64,000 nt of DNA from Camelus dromedarius (lineage: Eukaryota): NCBI RefSeq assembly GCF_036321535.1, contig NC_087437.1, forward strand, positions 88,910,001 to 88,974,000, read 5' to 3'. Each line of letters begins with the position of its first letter. Positions within the stretch are counted from its first letter, which is position 1. Of the stretch, positions 25,240 through 39,758 are shown in pieces. The notes under the pieces were generated by a model. The model was given only the letters and a program-made list of their open reading frames with translations, made no database searches and was not told the origin of the DNA. Position numbers and translations under genes: made by a program.

Positions 25240-28200
25240 CATACATACAAATTTGGCAAAATTCTCTGCACATTGTCTCCCATTATGTCAAGCTCTTTAT
25301 AATCCCTATAATTAATTAGTTATTATAATAGTCCTATTAAAGATGTATCATTTATTTACTTATGAGGATTCCAAGTCTGAGATAAATGTTACCTTACTTA
25401 GAGGGACTAAAATTATGACAAGTTTAGAATCTAGATTTTGAACCATGTCTGCCTTCTAACTTAAAGACCAGGTTTTCCCCGTCAGATTGTAGTTTATCCT
25501 AAACTGATCAATCCCCTATTATTGGTCAATTTACTTGCCAGATAAATCTTTCAAAGAAATATTTTTTTTGTAGATGTTGTTTTTAATTTTTGTCTGTTTT
25601 GCAATTACCTCCTTTGGTCAAGCTGTTTTATCAGTTAGTGTGTGTGAAACTTCATTTTTATTTTATTTTATTTTATTTTTAAATTTTGAATTTATCAGTG
25701 ATTATCAAAAAAAAAAAAAAAGAATCAATTCAGCTTTCCTACAACTTTTGCCATTTCTTCACTAGACTCATTGGAGCCAGGATTGGGCCAATTTTGCCTA
25801 TGTGGCCATTTTAGATGATGGAAAAATGAAATAATTTTATCAGGAATTCCTGTTAAATGAAAATAACTCATACAAGATTATTGAAGATAAAGCTAAATGA
25901 GGCAAAGAGTTTTGGGTTCCACTGCCCTACCTTTATCATTATCATCTTCTATTTGTCACACTCTTAAAAGTAGACAAATTAATTAATACTATAACCTTTT
26001 TTTGAACTGTTTTAGAGATAAAAAAAATGAACAAAGAAATTAGCCCTTTTTTTTTCTTAATGGGTTGTGAAGGAAGCACTGATTTTCAAAGTAAGATTGA
26101 TTTCAACAAATAAATATTGTTATCTCAATTGACTCATTTGGTGGGAAGTGGTTTATATGCCAATCTGTGGCCTAATCTAAATGAATGCTCTCCTAAAAGT
26201 ATACATTTTGAAATTTTCTTTTCATGCTATTAAGTATTTTTCCTCACCTGTGATATAATCCACTGAGCACAGTGAAAGACATATTATAATTTTTCACAAT
26301 AATAGCATTTTTTAAAAAAGATACAAGTCCTTTCACTTCCACTATTTTTTTTTCTGTTTTGTTAGTATTTATTCCCTAGAAACCCTTTTTAATCATAAAA
26401 ATAGAATAGTCTCTCTGCTACATCTCTTTACCAGCAAGTTGCTCCAAGCTTCCAAAACCTGTGACAATTTCTTAATTTTGATAATACATGACTTTGTATT
26501 ATGCAACCAGGTATGAATTACTTTAAACAGAGATAGAGTCCAACTGATTACTCAGGATACATATCTCAGTAAAATAATATTTTCATTTCAATTTTGTCAT
26601 CTATAACTTGCTTAGTTATTATTAGCATTAATTTATTATTATCAATAACTAATATTCAGTTATTAATATTATTATTATATATAATAGTTTGTGAGAAGGT
26701 GAAATTTTCCACCGTGATTCCTTTTGTAGTGTTTGAATGCATTGCCTTGTAAAGGCTTTATTTAATTCATTTATCAGAAAGTTTAGAGTAAGTAGTAATT
26801 TTTAAAAGATTTAGAATGGCTTATTACTTATGAATCTCAAATTTTTTAAAGAGAAATGAATCCAAGTATTATTTGAAGAAATTTTTAAGGAAAAACCTTT
26901 TTTCTTAGTTTTAAAATTTTATATATGGTTTTAATTATGAGCAAATTTACATATCAAAATGAGAAAAATATATTAATCCTTAATACAATTTTAAAATATA
27001 TGTAACTAAAAAGTTAGTTGAACGCCATTTGTGAAGTTCAACATTGAATTTGAGTTGGGTTAAAATTCAAAGCCAAACTTTCTATGAGAGAAAAAGCAAG
27101 TTATTTTTGGAGAAATACAAATGAGTTTTAATAACACTGACATGGCTTAACATTTTTCTGTAAAATTGCATTTCAATATTAGTAATAACATTGATTTTTG
27201 AAATTAAAGTATCAGGGCCTTTCTTAATATTCTATCCTTTCCATAAACCATCACTGTTAAAATTTTTTTCATAGTTTTTCTTTCATTTGCTAGATCTTTC
27301 CCCTTAAGAAATGAAACAAAATAACTTTTGAAAGTGGATTGGAACTGTATGTATAGTGAATTTAGATTTGCATTTTACATTTTGTTACATCATGTAGGTT
27401 TTAATTAGGTGTATTTTATAAAACAATAATATTCCCTGATTGTGATGTTGAAATACGATCATCCAAGCAAATGCAGTAACATTTTGAACTTTATCGATTT
27501 GAGTTCTCAAAGCAAACTAGTAAAAAGCCTCCCAAGTAAAAGATTAAAAGTACATACAGTACCTCAATTCTCTTAAGTTTTCCTCAAGTACATGGAAAGG
27601 GTAACTAATTGAAGTGCTGATTATAAAATGATTTGCAGGGCACATAAATAGATTCAGTCATCCATTTAAGTCCACAAGTACTTTTCCAATATACAGTAGC
27701 CATGGGTACAAATAGTCCCCCGAAACCAAGGCAATTCATTTTGACTTTGAAAGATTACTGTCTTTCAGGGGAAAAAAATTACTAGTACTGCCTGATTTCC
27801 ATTTCCAGAAAGTCACATTAAATTTGTAACTAGCAGCCAGATTTCACCACACTCCCATCATCGTCATCATCATTGTCATATTCTTCTTCTATTGATACTT
27901 TTTGAGCAGTATGTATAATATTATATACTAGACTTTTATTATCTATGGCATTGACATTTCTCAGATTGAAGCCAATTTCACAGATCTGAATTAATACTAG
28001 AATTTAGTAGGCTTATTACAAAAGTTCCCTCTGGGTCAAAGACATAAAGCTTCTGTGTAGATATTCAAAATGCTATGTATTCAAAGAAAAAATAGGCTTT
28101 CTAACAGGGTATATAAAATGCTGTCTATTTCCATTCAGTTTTCTCTTCAAACTAAAATTCTGTTAATGATTATAATTAAAATGAAATTTGGCACATACTG

Positions 28201-31154
28201 TATTTTATGAGGGTTGCATCTCTGGGCATAGTTATTCATGCAGTTAAAATTATTGTACTGAGAATTAGGCAAACTTGTAAGGCTTCTCAAACTTTGTGAC
28301 TAATATAAACCTGTGTTAACTATGTAGAAATTTTTAAAATATAAAATGCATTCTTGAGGCAAAATTCAGACTTTTATAAAACAAGAATGTGGTACTTCTC
28401 CATGTCTTCTGTAAGCAGGCTATATACATTTTCAGGTTTCATGAAATCAAGTAAACTAGTGAACTAGATGTTAAGCAAAAATAACATGGTTATAACTTGA
28501 GAAAAACAAGACAGAGTGAAGAATATGTCCCTCGCTCTGATTAGAAGGTATATGTACTCAAAGGCAGGACTATTACGAACAGCTGTTAGCCACCATGCTT
28601 AAATTGGTTGTGAATAACTGAAATAGTTGTCCACAGTAATAGGAAATTCATGGTTATTTTACACCTTTAGAAGAGCTTTCGTGCCAGCCTATCGGAGCCC
28701 ATTTTTTCCTGGAGGAAGCTCAGAATTACATGGTTTCCACATCTGTGGGGCATGTTGCACTTCTCAGGCATCTAACTGCACTCAGATCAACACAATAAGA
28801 TCAGTGTTTCTAGGCATTTTCTCAAGCCGTGTTTGCTTTCAGCAGGACAGGGGCAAGAGGGCAGGAGAAACAAAAGTAGACTGCCCAGTCACAGGATTCA
28901 AGGCCATTTTTCAGCCTACGTAAAACTGTTAGTGGAACCATGGACAAGAAACTGTCTTTGTTTTTACTTTCTTAACTAGCTTGACCTATCAGGGAAAGTG
29001 CACAGAACTTTCTTTTCTATCATAAATGCCTTCTTGCTATTTTTTTTTTAAATAGTTATAGCTTCTTCAGATCTTTACGGAAGGGAATACGATTCACTGA
29101 GTGGCTTGAAACCCTGTTTTTATCATAAAATGCATCAGTCAGACTTTACCAAGATGAACCTTTTTTAGACACAAATTTTACGTCTACTTATTTTTTTCTC
29201 CTTTGAACGCAAAATGTTAGAAAATAATAAATGATCCTTAAGAAGTTTTGTATTATTCCTGAGAATATCCGTCTGAGTATAAAAGCTGAAAGTTATTATG
29301 TAAGAAAAATCATTAAAAAGCATTTTTAAAGTATCTAAAAAGATAGTCATTTATTCTGAGCATAGAGATTTTTTAAAAAATTTACAAGTTTTCATCTCTC
29401 TATGATTAAAGAAACTAATGAAAAGGACATTGCAAAATCTATATTAATGTTCAAATAAACGCTGATTATTCTCCTAAACAAAGCTTTCAGAGGCAATAAT
29501 CTCTTACTTCAGTAGTCACTGAAATTTTCTCTAGACGACCAAGTTATTCTTTGGTTAACTGGACTTTATGAAGTGGAATGGGCTATTTTTGACATATCTG
29601 TCACCAGTTCCACATACTACTGGATGAGGATATGCTGTTAATTTGATGGACATGACTAACACATGCTTTTTAAGACTAACTGAATTGGGGTTGAAAAAAA
29701 CATGACCTTTGAAAACCAACTGAAAATTTGACCAAAAAGTTTTCCTATACAACAAAAATTATTCTCCAAACGTGTTTTATGAGATATGACCAGCGTCAAC
29801 TCATTTGTCTTTCATATGAGTTTTTGAGGGTATTGGATAAATCAAACTCAGGAATATTTCAGGGGGGGAATAGAAAGAAATTTACAGTAAAGCAAAAAGA
29901 TAACAATGAGGAAAATTAATGTTTTAAGGCAAGAGTGCACAATGCTTATTCAATAAATCACTGGAAAATTGTCATTTATCTAATAAGAGTAATTCATCAT
30001 TTTTAGGATCATGTCTACATGATAGTCCCACCAGAAGAGGAGGGGGCAGAAATGCCTTTTGATGATGATTTGATGATATTTAAAAACCTTAAGACAATTT
30101 CATCAAACTCAGAATCTGCTCATATTAAGACAGCCAATTCTACTGTTAATTCTCTGAGAACTTCAGGACAAATGAGTTGACTGATGGCAAAAAAGATTAA
30201 CTTGCAAAACAAGATGTAAAGAGCAGCTCTGCTTTGCGGGGGCTTCCTTCTGTGCTAATCCTGTGTATTTATAGTCAGAGATCTGGACCCTCAATGTTAG
30301 ACATTGATCCCCAATCCACACATATTTTTATCCCTTCTTTGAGCTCATCTAGTAATTGCTTTTATTATTTCACTGATTAGTGTTTGGCTTTGTCCCTTAA
30401 TTGTTTCATGTGGCCCAATTTTGACCACTTACTCTGAAGTCCAAACTAGAAATATATTTTCTGAAGGTAGGAATAATATTTTTGTCTCTAAAATATATCA
30501 TTTTATCCTAGCTCTGGATTTGGCATAGAGTGTATGGGGCTCATAGTTTTCATCTGATTGACTGGGTTTTGACTTTCACTTGGCCAATAGACTGATTTCC
30601 TCTGTTTCTCACAATTTCTTCCCCATCACCCCCTCCCCTCCCAACACAAACACCCTCTTTTTTCTCTTAGATTTGAATCTTCATGTTTTCAGCCTTAGAT
30701 TTAGAAACTCAGCTCTTCTGAGGATTCTGCAGACTGGCTTCATGGAGGGGATCTCTCAGCACTGGGTTTCTGTGCCTTTATAGCTTAGTCCTCTGCCCAA
30801 TTTCCTGTCTTAGATAGACTTTTGCAGACACTTTCTTCTTATCAAGAAAGTATTTAAGATAATCAATGGAAATAAGCATTATGAAAAATTCAATAACCTA
30901 TAAATTCACTTTAAAATAAAACAGAATTTGCTCTCCACAGCCTACTTGCTCTAGAGGGAAAAAAAAAAAAAAAGGTGTTTTGATTTGAAAGGAAATCTTG
31001 TCCTGGAAACTGTTCAGTTGCTGTAATACAGATAAAAAGTCCTAAAATTTTAGAGGAAATACTTAGTTTTTAGCTCAGGTTATCAAAATCATTTATATAT
31101 TAATTATTCTCTTTGAAACCTACACTAATTAGCAGACAGTTGAAACAAAATTTT

Positions 31155-31495
31155 AAAAAAATGAGATTTGCCATTTGTAGTAACAAGGATGGACTTTGGA
31201 GGGCATTATGCTAAGTGAAATAAGTCAGACAGAGAAAGACAAATACTGTATGATGTCACTTATGTGTGGAATCTAAAAAATACAACTACAAAGTAGTTAT
31301 ATAACAAAAAAGGCATACTCACATAGAGAATAAATTGTTACCAATGGGGAGAGAGAAGGGGGAAGGACAATATAGGGTTGGCAAAGATAAAATTTAGTGT
31401 AGTGATGGTTGTGTATAACTGTGAATATACTAAAAACCTCTGAATTGTACATTTTAAATGAGTAAATTAAATGATATGTGAATTAAAAAAATAAA
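31155..31495 (+). mobile_element. L1 3' fragment(s), apparently composite
   Basis: ORF2-end motif gagggcattatgctaagtgaaataagtcagacagagaaagacaaatactg, then a different older-type L1 tail (gtgatggttgtgtataactgtgaatatactaaaaacctctgaattgtacattttaa). Confidence 0.75.
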
Positions 31496-33963
31496 CAAGA
31501 GTATAAGATATAATTTCTGACCTCCAAACCTCACAGGTTGGTAGGCAGGACACATACAAGAAATATAATTTATTTTCAGGGTATTCTCTAATAGGGTTCC
31601 TCCAATAATGTATAGATATATTTAGTGTTAATGGAATTACTTTCAGTAATAGAAGTACATCCAGAGTTGGCTCCTAAGCTGGCCATGACTGGAACAGGAT
31701 CTTTTCAGTGGACCAGAAATGATCCTCTGGGGTCTCCAATTTATTTTGAAGATGCTCACAAAAAACTGATGCATAAAACCAATATATATGAACTTATTAA
31801 TTTACAGTAAGAAATAAAACTATAGGAAGATTAAACATTCATATTCATTTTCCAAGCATATTCTCTCCCTTTAGACAATCTATATTAAAAGCCAAATTAT
31901 TAGGATAGTGCTTTGTGAGTACCAGAGGAAGGGACTATTGCTGTTTGACCCTCATCTGTATGAGTATATTTTGTCCATTTTCGCAAAACCTGGTGGACTA
32001 GATACTGATGTTGTTCCAGCAGGATGTTTGCATAGGACCTTTGTTGCTTGGCAAGCACCACTGTAAGCAGGATGTTTGCTAGCCCAATATTCAGTCGTGT
32101 CCAAGAAGCCATTAGGACTCGAGTCCTAAATTTAAGCAAGAGTCATAAATTATAAGCCAGCTACTTTTCCTACATGGTCTTAGCTGAAAGTTAGCTTTTC
32201 CTAGAGAATACTGCTGTTTCTGCGTCTTTCAGTTTTGAACTCACGATCAGGCAGAGGGATTTTGTCTTGCTTTTCTCTCCATTGCTCTCAAATTACTACA
32301 TGTTATGCCTTTGTTTCTAGTGTGTGTGTGACACATGTTTTTGATTGTGGCTGCTTCAAAGATAAAATAAGCCTTTCTATATTAGGTGGGAATCATTTAT
32401 ATTTACTTCTTTATGGACATTTAAAGACCCTGTAACATGTGCAATTAAAATCTAAATGGAGATGATGTTTGTCATTGATATAAAACATTGCTATGGATCA
32501 TCATTTGTTAAGTGTTTAGGGAATCATTCTCTGTATTAAAGTAAGACTGAGGATCACTCTAAATTTTAAATAGATGTGCCAATTGCTTTTTGAGAATAAA
32601 AAGATGACGGTTCATTAAAATCCTGATGTATCTTCATAAAAGTGATAGAAGTCACGGATATTAGTTGACATGGTTGAAATAAGGACATCTTCACACATAT
32701 TCAAGAAAAGTGTAGGTAACTTTCCCTAAAAGGTCATAACATTAACATGCTTCCATGTTTGCTAAATAATTAGCCTCTGTTTTTAAATCATAGACATAAC
32801 AATTCTCAGATCAGTATATCAGGAGAATAAGAATGATTCTGAATTCTTGTCATCTATAATTTGATCTAGTATTATATAGTGGATTATGAAAGGATTTATT
32901 TAGACTATTTGTAAAATTTATATATGAATAGTTTTTAACATGTTAAACAATTGTAGTTCCAAGATGATTATTAGTACAAAGCTTTTTAGTAAAGTAAAAT
33001 GTTCTCTTCCATTAAGATTTACAGCATTAATGTTCGGTTATCTTTTGCCTCTCCTTTTTCTCCTCTCTTTCTAATCCCTGGATCAGTCCTCCTCGTTCAC
33101 TGAAGAATTTGGCAGGGAACGAATCATAGTTCTTTTCACTCAAATTCCTCACTATTCTCAAAAATTCTACTAACATGGAATTTCCATAGTACAGAGGTTA
33201 CTCTGAGTCCTAATTGTAACTGTATATATTTCTGTAGCAATTCATAGTTAAAAGCTTTTAGGGAAATCTTATTTTCATGCTCTAGGTTCTTAGAGTTATT
33301 CAATCTTCTCTGTGTCCTGCCTCTAGGTATCAGCTGAAGTGGTAAGAAAAAGTGAGTGTCAGGTGTTTCAGGGAGAGGGATAAGAGAAGAGTTAGTGAAG
33401 AGCTCAGTCTTAACAGATCAGTAGTTCACCATGCTCACCAGATGGCAAAAGACTGCCTAGGGGGAGCTACCTCAAAGACACAAAGTCATAAAATAGCACC
33501 ATGAAGTCCTTATGAAGGAATGGTTAGAAATAAGACTGGACATACAGCCAAAGATTCCTGATTGCTGTCTTCACTCCTGGTTTCATCCGGTCACTGGCAT
33601 ATATAAAATAAGCCTTTGATATGGCCTTTATTAGTAATCAATTTGTAGCCTTCTGACACTTCATCTGAGTTCTTGAACTTGACTTCATTCTATCCCTTAA
33701 GATTTCCATGATTTTTTTCCTGCTACTTCCTCCTTCAACACAACTGCCACACCTCAGGCAGGTGTTGTGCTAGAATAAGGCAGTTGCCAGATAATGGAGG
33801 GCTTTGTATATATGGATTTTTGCTTTATTATTTTGGCCAACAGGAAATCACTTCAGTGACTAGAAATCCAACAACATCTTATTAAGGGGAACTGGGCAGC
33901 TTGAGTGACTGAGGAGATGGTGCTAACAGTAGCTTCACCATACTTCATTAACAACATTAAAAA

Positions 33964-34588
33964 CCAGAGGGAACTCTAATTCAAAAAGATACATGCACCC
34001 CAATGTTCTTAGCAACACTATATACAATAGCCAAGACATGAAAGCAACCTAAATGTCCACTGATAGATGACTGTGGATAAAGATGTTTTGAGATACATAT
34101 ACACACACATATACACAATGGAATACTACTCAGCCATAAAAAATAAAATAGTGCCATTTGCTGCAACATGGATGGACCTGGAGATCATCATGCTAAGTAA
34201 AGTAAGTCAGAAAGAGAAAGAAAAATACCATATGATATCACTTATATGTGGAATCTATAAAACAGAAACAGACTCACAGATATAGAAAACAAACTTCTGG
34301 TAGTCAGGGGCAAAGAGGGTGGGAAGGGATAAATTGGGAGTTCAAGATTTACAGAAACTAACTACTATATATATAAAACACATAAACAAGTTTATACTGT
34401 ATAGTACAGGGAACTATATTAAATATCTTATAGTAAACTGTAATGAAAAAGAATATGAAAATGAATATATGTATGTATATGTATGACTGAAATATTATGC
34501 TGTACACCAGATTTAACACAACATTGTAAATTGACTATACTTCAATTAAAAAAAACAACAGCATTTACAAAAAACAAAACAAAAAAAA
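33964..34588 (+). mobile_element. 5'-truncated young L1 3' end (same family as 47932-53612)
   Basis: Colinear with 53005-53610; encodes PFAATWMDLEIIMLSKVSQKEKEKY; A-rich tail; TSD-like aaaaaccag/aaaaacccag. Confidence 0.92.
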
Positions 34589-35749
34589 CCCAGTTAACTT
34601 TAACCCTGTGTGATTCTTACTGTAAGTTAATTAATTCTTTAAGATAAAGCTATTCTGAAAGAGTAGGCAATAGTAAGGATAAGAGAAAACTGCCTTAGTA
34701 GACTTTTGCCGTTCAAATAACTGACAGGAGATAACAAACCTATGTTAGTTGAAAGGAACTTCTGCAAGAAAGTTCAGGCTTCTTCAGCTGATGTTACATG
34801 TCATATGCCTATTTTTTAATGTGCTTGAATGCTATATCCCATTAAGGAGTCTATACCAAAAACATGAGACTTTTCTCCTAATTCCTGACCCAGGGAAATT
34901 TGATCTTCTTTTTAGTATCTGACCTGTTTCTTAACAATAAACTATAGGGATTGACTTATTCATTGTTTAAAAGATATTAAAAAAAATCCATATGTTACCG
35001 AAACAAGAAGGATTTATGATTTTTGCTGGTAGGAAGCTTGGTAAAGGAAATTTGCTAAATCATGGATGGTCGGTCTATTCTCCAGGCCTCTCCAAGTAAT
35101 CTTTCCTTTGACATTGATGAACAGTTCTCCTGGGCTCTGCCCAACCTTAGAGGAACCAGAGACTGTTTACTGTTGAAGAGATCAATTTCCTTGGAGGCGC
35201 CAACAGTTTTTGTTTTCGTTTTTGTTTTTGTTTTTTTCTGCTATCAGTTTTATGGTTTCTGTATAACAAGGGCCACCACTCTAGTTGGTCCCTAGCCATC
35301 TGCTCAACTAAGCATGTTTTAACACAATCAGCTGAAGCCCAATTGAATAATGATGATTATATTTCAATGAAAAAAAAAAACCTAGGAAAAAACTTCAATG
35401 TATTTGCTGTATGGAAAACATTTAATGAATTAGACTCATGATGCCTGTAGCATTATCTCACTCTCAAATTCTATAACATGAATTGTGAGTGTACAGTCTT
35501 AATAAAAAAGCTGCTATCAATGCAAAATACAGACTCATCTAGGAAGAGTGAAATTAAATAGTCATATGATCCAGTTACTCACACATCTGTGGACCTCTAA
35601 GTGCTGGAAGGAATTTGGAAATACCACAATGAGTCTGAGGACTCTTTTTGTACATAGTCCTCAGGCATTATTCACAAAGGAAATAAAATATCTCTAGTAT
35701 ATATAGTTTGGTATTTTTTTTTACAAATCTATGAATTTTTTTTATAATT

Positions 35750-36600
35750 AATGAATTCACTTAAAAATGTTCATAAATTCAGTAGCTTTCCTATCTATAA
35801 GTACAATCAAATTTTATGAAAAAGGTAAAGGGAAACCTAAGAATATTTCAACACAAAGCACGATAGAACAATAGAGAAAACATATAATTAAAACTCTAAA
35901 ATCTATTGTTAAACAGAAGATGACTAGAGAGAGAGAAATACATTTTGTTCTAGAAGAGGAAAACACTGAAATTTAAATGTCCATTCTCCCTTGGTTAATC
36001 TATTAGTGCTATACAATCAATTCCAGTCAAATCCTTAAAGTATTTTTTAACATGAAAAAATAACTCAAAAGGACATCTGTAGGAATAAACTTAAGGAAAC
36101 AGATAAATAATTTAAAAAAAAGATATATTTTACTAACAGTGATTTTACTATAAAGTTTCATAAATTAAAAAGTAATGTGGACATAGATCAATAGTCCATG
36201 GATTTAAATGGACTAGACTGGATTCAAATGTATAACAGAAGTTTACTGCCTTGTAATTTGTCCTTTAAAATTAGTAAAGACTAATTGTATCGTTGCATAA
36301 ATGGTGTTAAAAATAAAGAGACATTTCTTCACTATTTACACAAAATAAGTAATATATTTAAATGTAAAGTATGAAATCATGTGAGTACCTGCAAAAATCC
36401 TGGGTAAATAGTCTATAATCTTAGGGTAGAGAAGGCCTGTTAACCACAAATTAAACATAAAATAGGAATATATTTAACATCTGCCTGCCCCCTAAACAAG
36501 GTAGACATTCTGTAAGCCTACATTTGCAACATATAGGTTAAAAGAATAATATCAAATATATATTTTTAAAAAACTATTATATATCAATATGAAAAATATG
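35750..36600 (+). mobile_element. Very old L1 ORF2 remnant (L1M-type)
   Basis: A-rich strand with decayed ORF2 motifs (aaatgtccattctcccttggttaatctat; tactataaagtttcataaattaaaa; gacatagatcaat). Confidence 0.5.
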
Positions 36601-37558
36601 TTAAAAATTTCTCTCAGTAGTAGGGAAGGAGGAGGCTCATTCCTGTCCTGTTTCTTGAACTATTCTCATATTCCCACAGACACGCGACATTTGGCTGGGA
36701 ACACATTGGGATTAGAGCAGTCTCTGATGTTCTACTGGAGTGGGCAGGGGAGTGTAGCTTCTTCATGTATTCTCCCCACTCCAGTTAAAAAATAACAAAG
36801 TGCTTCAAATCCAGTGCCATGCTCTCAGGATCTTTTCTCCTATTTCTGTGTATTGAGACACCCCTCAGTGTTCTACTCGGTACAGAATCAGCCCCCAAGT
36901 CCGACATAAACAAGAGAGGATATATTAGTGTGGAAATGCTGAACTACCTCACTGTCAGGTTTTCACTCTTCTGGGTCATTGTGACCCAATCTTTTATAGT
37001 ACAAGAGCTGGAGAGACCGTCAGCAATTAGAAATGGACATCCGCATCTCTTGCTGATCAAGCAGAGGTTGACTGCAGCTGCAGCACAGAAGCCATATAAA
37101 TCTCCTTGGTTAGTCAACTTGTGTTTGCCCACCTAAGTCCAGGGAGACTGATATGTGCTCTCTTGTCTTTTGACCCAGCACAGTTGATAAGACTTTTTGG
37201 TAGGAGCTGCTTTAGAGAGAACATTTGATATGAGAAATCCAGAAAAAAAATTTTTTTTCAAGTGTTTGGAACATCTCAACGTCCTTAGGGCAGCCTAATA
37301 TAATTATTAGTATTAATATTTGACCATGGCCTGATTTATTATCTACCCTAGAGTATAAAATGGCCTCTATGTCCTTTAATAGATTAGAGATTGATATTAT
37401 AACTCAATACTTTATCAAATACAGCAAATGAAGACATGACCCAACTTTTCTGCTACCTCTCCCTCAGGAATATTTTCCATGGGCATCAGCTTATGTATTG
37501 TGACATCCACTGGATGAAAACTGTAAAAGGAAAACTGGTTAGTAAATGATTTTGTGTC

Positions 37559-37916
37559 TATGATATCATTTATATGAGGAATCTAAAAAAAAAAGATGAA
37601 TGAATTTATTTGCAAAACAGAAACAGGCTCACAGACGTAGAAAACAAATTTATGGTTGTGGGGGAAGGGGGGTGGGAAGGGGTAAATTGGGAGTTCGAGA
37701 TTTGCAGATACCAACTAAAATATATAAAATAAATAAACAACAAGTACACACTTTATAGCATAGAGAACTATATTCAATATCTTGTAGTTTATGGTGAAAA
37801 AGAATATGAAAATGAATATATATATATATATATACGTTAATCTATGACTGAAGCCTTATGCTGTACACCAGAAATTGACACAAGACTGTAAACAGACTGT
37901 ACTTCAATAAAAAAAA
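37559..37916 (+). mobile_element. Young L1 3'UTR fragment
   Basis: Colinear with 34230-34550 and 53255-53610; ends cttcaataaaaaaaa. Confidence 0.9.
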
Positions 37917-38363
37917 TATATATATGTATACAACACCAAGTATCTCACCAGCCCACTTCACCAAACTTGCTGACTCTTTCCTTATTGAAGAGATTAAACT
38001 CTGCTCATCTGCTTGTGATTAGAGTGTTTTAAAGTCACAGGCAACTTACTTCTCTACTAGAGTGAGCTAGCCTTATCCTGCTCACACAAACAAATCTAAC
38101 CGCCTAAGAAAGTATCTCATGTAAACACTTTCAAGCTCTTTGTTCTGACTTACATAAAGTGTTTAAGTGAATCTGAAGAATTTAATTAGCCAAAAGAATC
38201 ACGCTGATTTTACACTCCTCCAAAGTCCATTCACAGCAGGGGGAAGGACCTTTGCTTAATGCAGAGCAATCATTTCTTTCTTTTTTACTTAATGAACATG
38301 TATAACACTTAATAACAGTCACATATCCTTATAAAGGCTTTACATTTAATTTTCTTAGTGGCC

Positions 38364-38709
38364 TGTCTTAGTTAGTTTAGGCTGTTATAACAAAGATAGA
38401 GCCTGGGTAGCTTAAATAACAAACATTTGTTTCTCACGATTCTGGAGGCTGGGAAGTCCAAGACCGGGATGCCAGGCTGGTTAGGTTCTGGTGAGAATCT
38501 CCTTCCTGGTTTCCTCACATGGAAAAACCAAAAAAGATATCTGTCTCATCAAGAAAAGGCATTCATCTTATCATGAGGGTCACATGCTCCTCATCCTCAG
38601 GGCCTAATCTAACTCTACCTCTCAAAGGCTCCACTCTCTAATATCAGACATTGGGGATAAGGGCTTCAACCACAAATTCTGTGGGGACATAAACATTTAG
38701 ATGATAGCA
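38364..38709 (-). mobile_element. MaLR solo LTR (MLT1A-like), followed by an antisense MIR segment
   Basis: TGTCTTAG...ATAGCA termini; near 5-bp TSD tggcc/tggtc; MIR-like sequence at 38720-38850. Confidence 0.85.
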
Positions 38710-39189
38710 TGGTCTATAAAGAAAATTCTATTAATATTATTGTGTAAGTAAGTAAATTGAAGAACAGAGAGATTAAGTGGCTTGCCCAAAGTAACACAGC
38801 TCCTAATGGAAAGATCCAGGACATAAATCTGAAGCAGTCTGAGCTTTGCCCCTACCCTATATTGCAAGTTACCAAAAAGTTACCTTTAAAATGTGATACA
38901 GAGCTCAGAATCTAAAATTTTCTTCTGTAAGATGTATTATTTGTAAGTTCCAATAATTTCTAATGATACAGCATATAAAAACAAAGACCATAAAAATTAG
39001 TTCTTATTAGCTCATTATATTTTTATTATGCCATGAAAAATTGTCTTTATCAGCCTAATTTATTTCTTAGACATCAGCAACACATAATGTGAGCTTGTCA
39101 CCTAAGTTGTAAATTATTTACTACTAAACGAAGCATGGCTATTATTACCTGGGGGGAAAATATAAGTGCAGTAATAGGCAGTTTTTGTG

Positions 39190-39758
39190 GGTGATAGTTA
39201 ATTTTATGTATCAATTTGGAGGGTGTTTTTGGAGGAGATTAACATTTAAATTGGTGAACTTTGAGTAAGCAGATTGCTCTCCATAATGTGGGTGGGCCTC
39301 ATCTAATCAGTTGAAAGTCTGAATAGAACAAAAAGACTGCAGCCTCCCTTAGCAAGGGAACTCTGCAGAAGACTGCCATACTGCCTTTGGACTTCATCTG
39401 CATCATTGGCTCTTCTGGGTCTCAAGAGTGGTGGTCCACACTGCAGTTTTTGGACTCACTAGTCTCTATGATCACAGGGGCCAATTTCTTATAATAAATT
39501 TGTTTTGTGTGTGCATGATATATACATATATAAACATAGACTATGTATCACACATAGTATTCATATATATATATATATATATACATATACACAAAGGATA
39601 CAATAGAATATGTGTGTGTATGTGTGTGTGTTTGTGTGTATATCTGCTATATATATATATATAAAATGTATGTATATATATGTGTGTATATATATTATGT
39701 ATGTATATATACGTGTATATATATATATATATACTTCTTTGGAGAATCCTAAGTAATA
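39190..39758 (+). mobile_element. MLT2 (ERVL) solo LTR with a large internal TA/TG microsatellite
   Basis: gtgatagttaattttatgtatcaattt; aatgtgggtgggcctcatctaatcagttgaa; end tctttggagaatcctaagtaata. Confidence 0.85.
39505..39732. repeat. Compound (TA)n/(TG)n low-complexity tract
   Basis: Direct reading; explains the YIYIY ORFs. Confidence 0.9.

Noticed and set aside
28590..28622. Kozak-like GCCACCATG start
   Set aside because: Followed by a stop after 8 codons, with no splice donor
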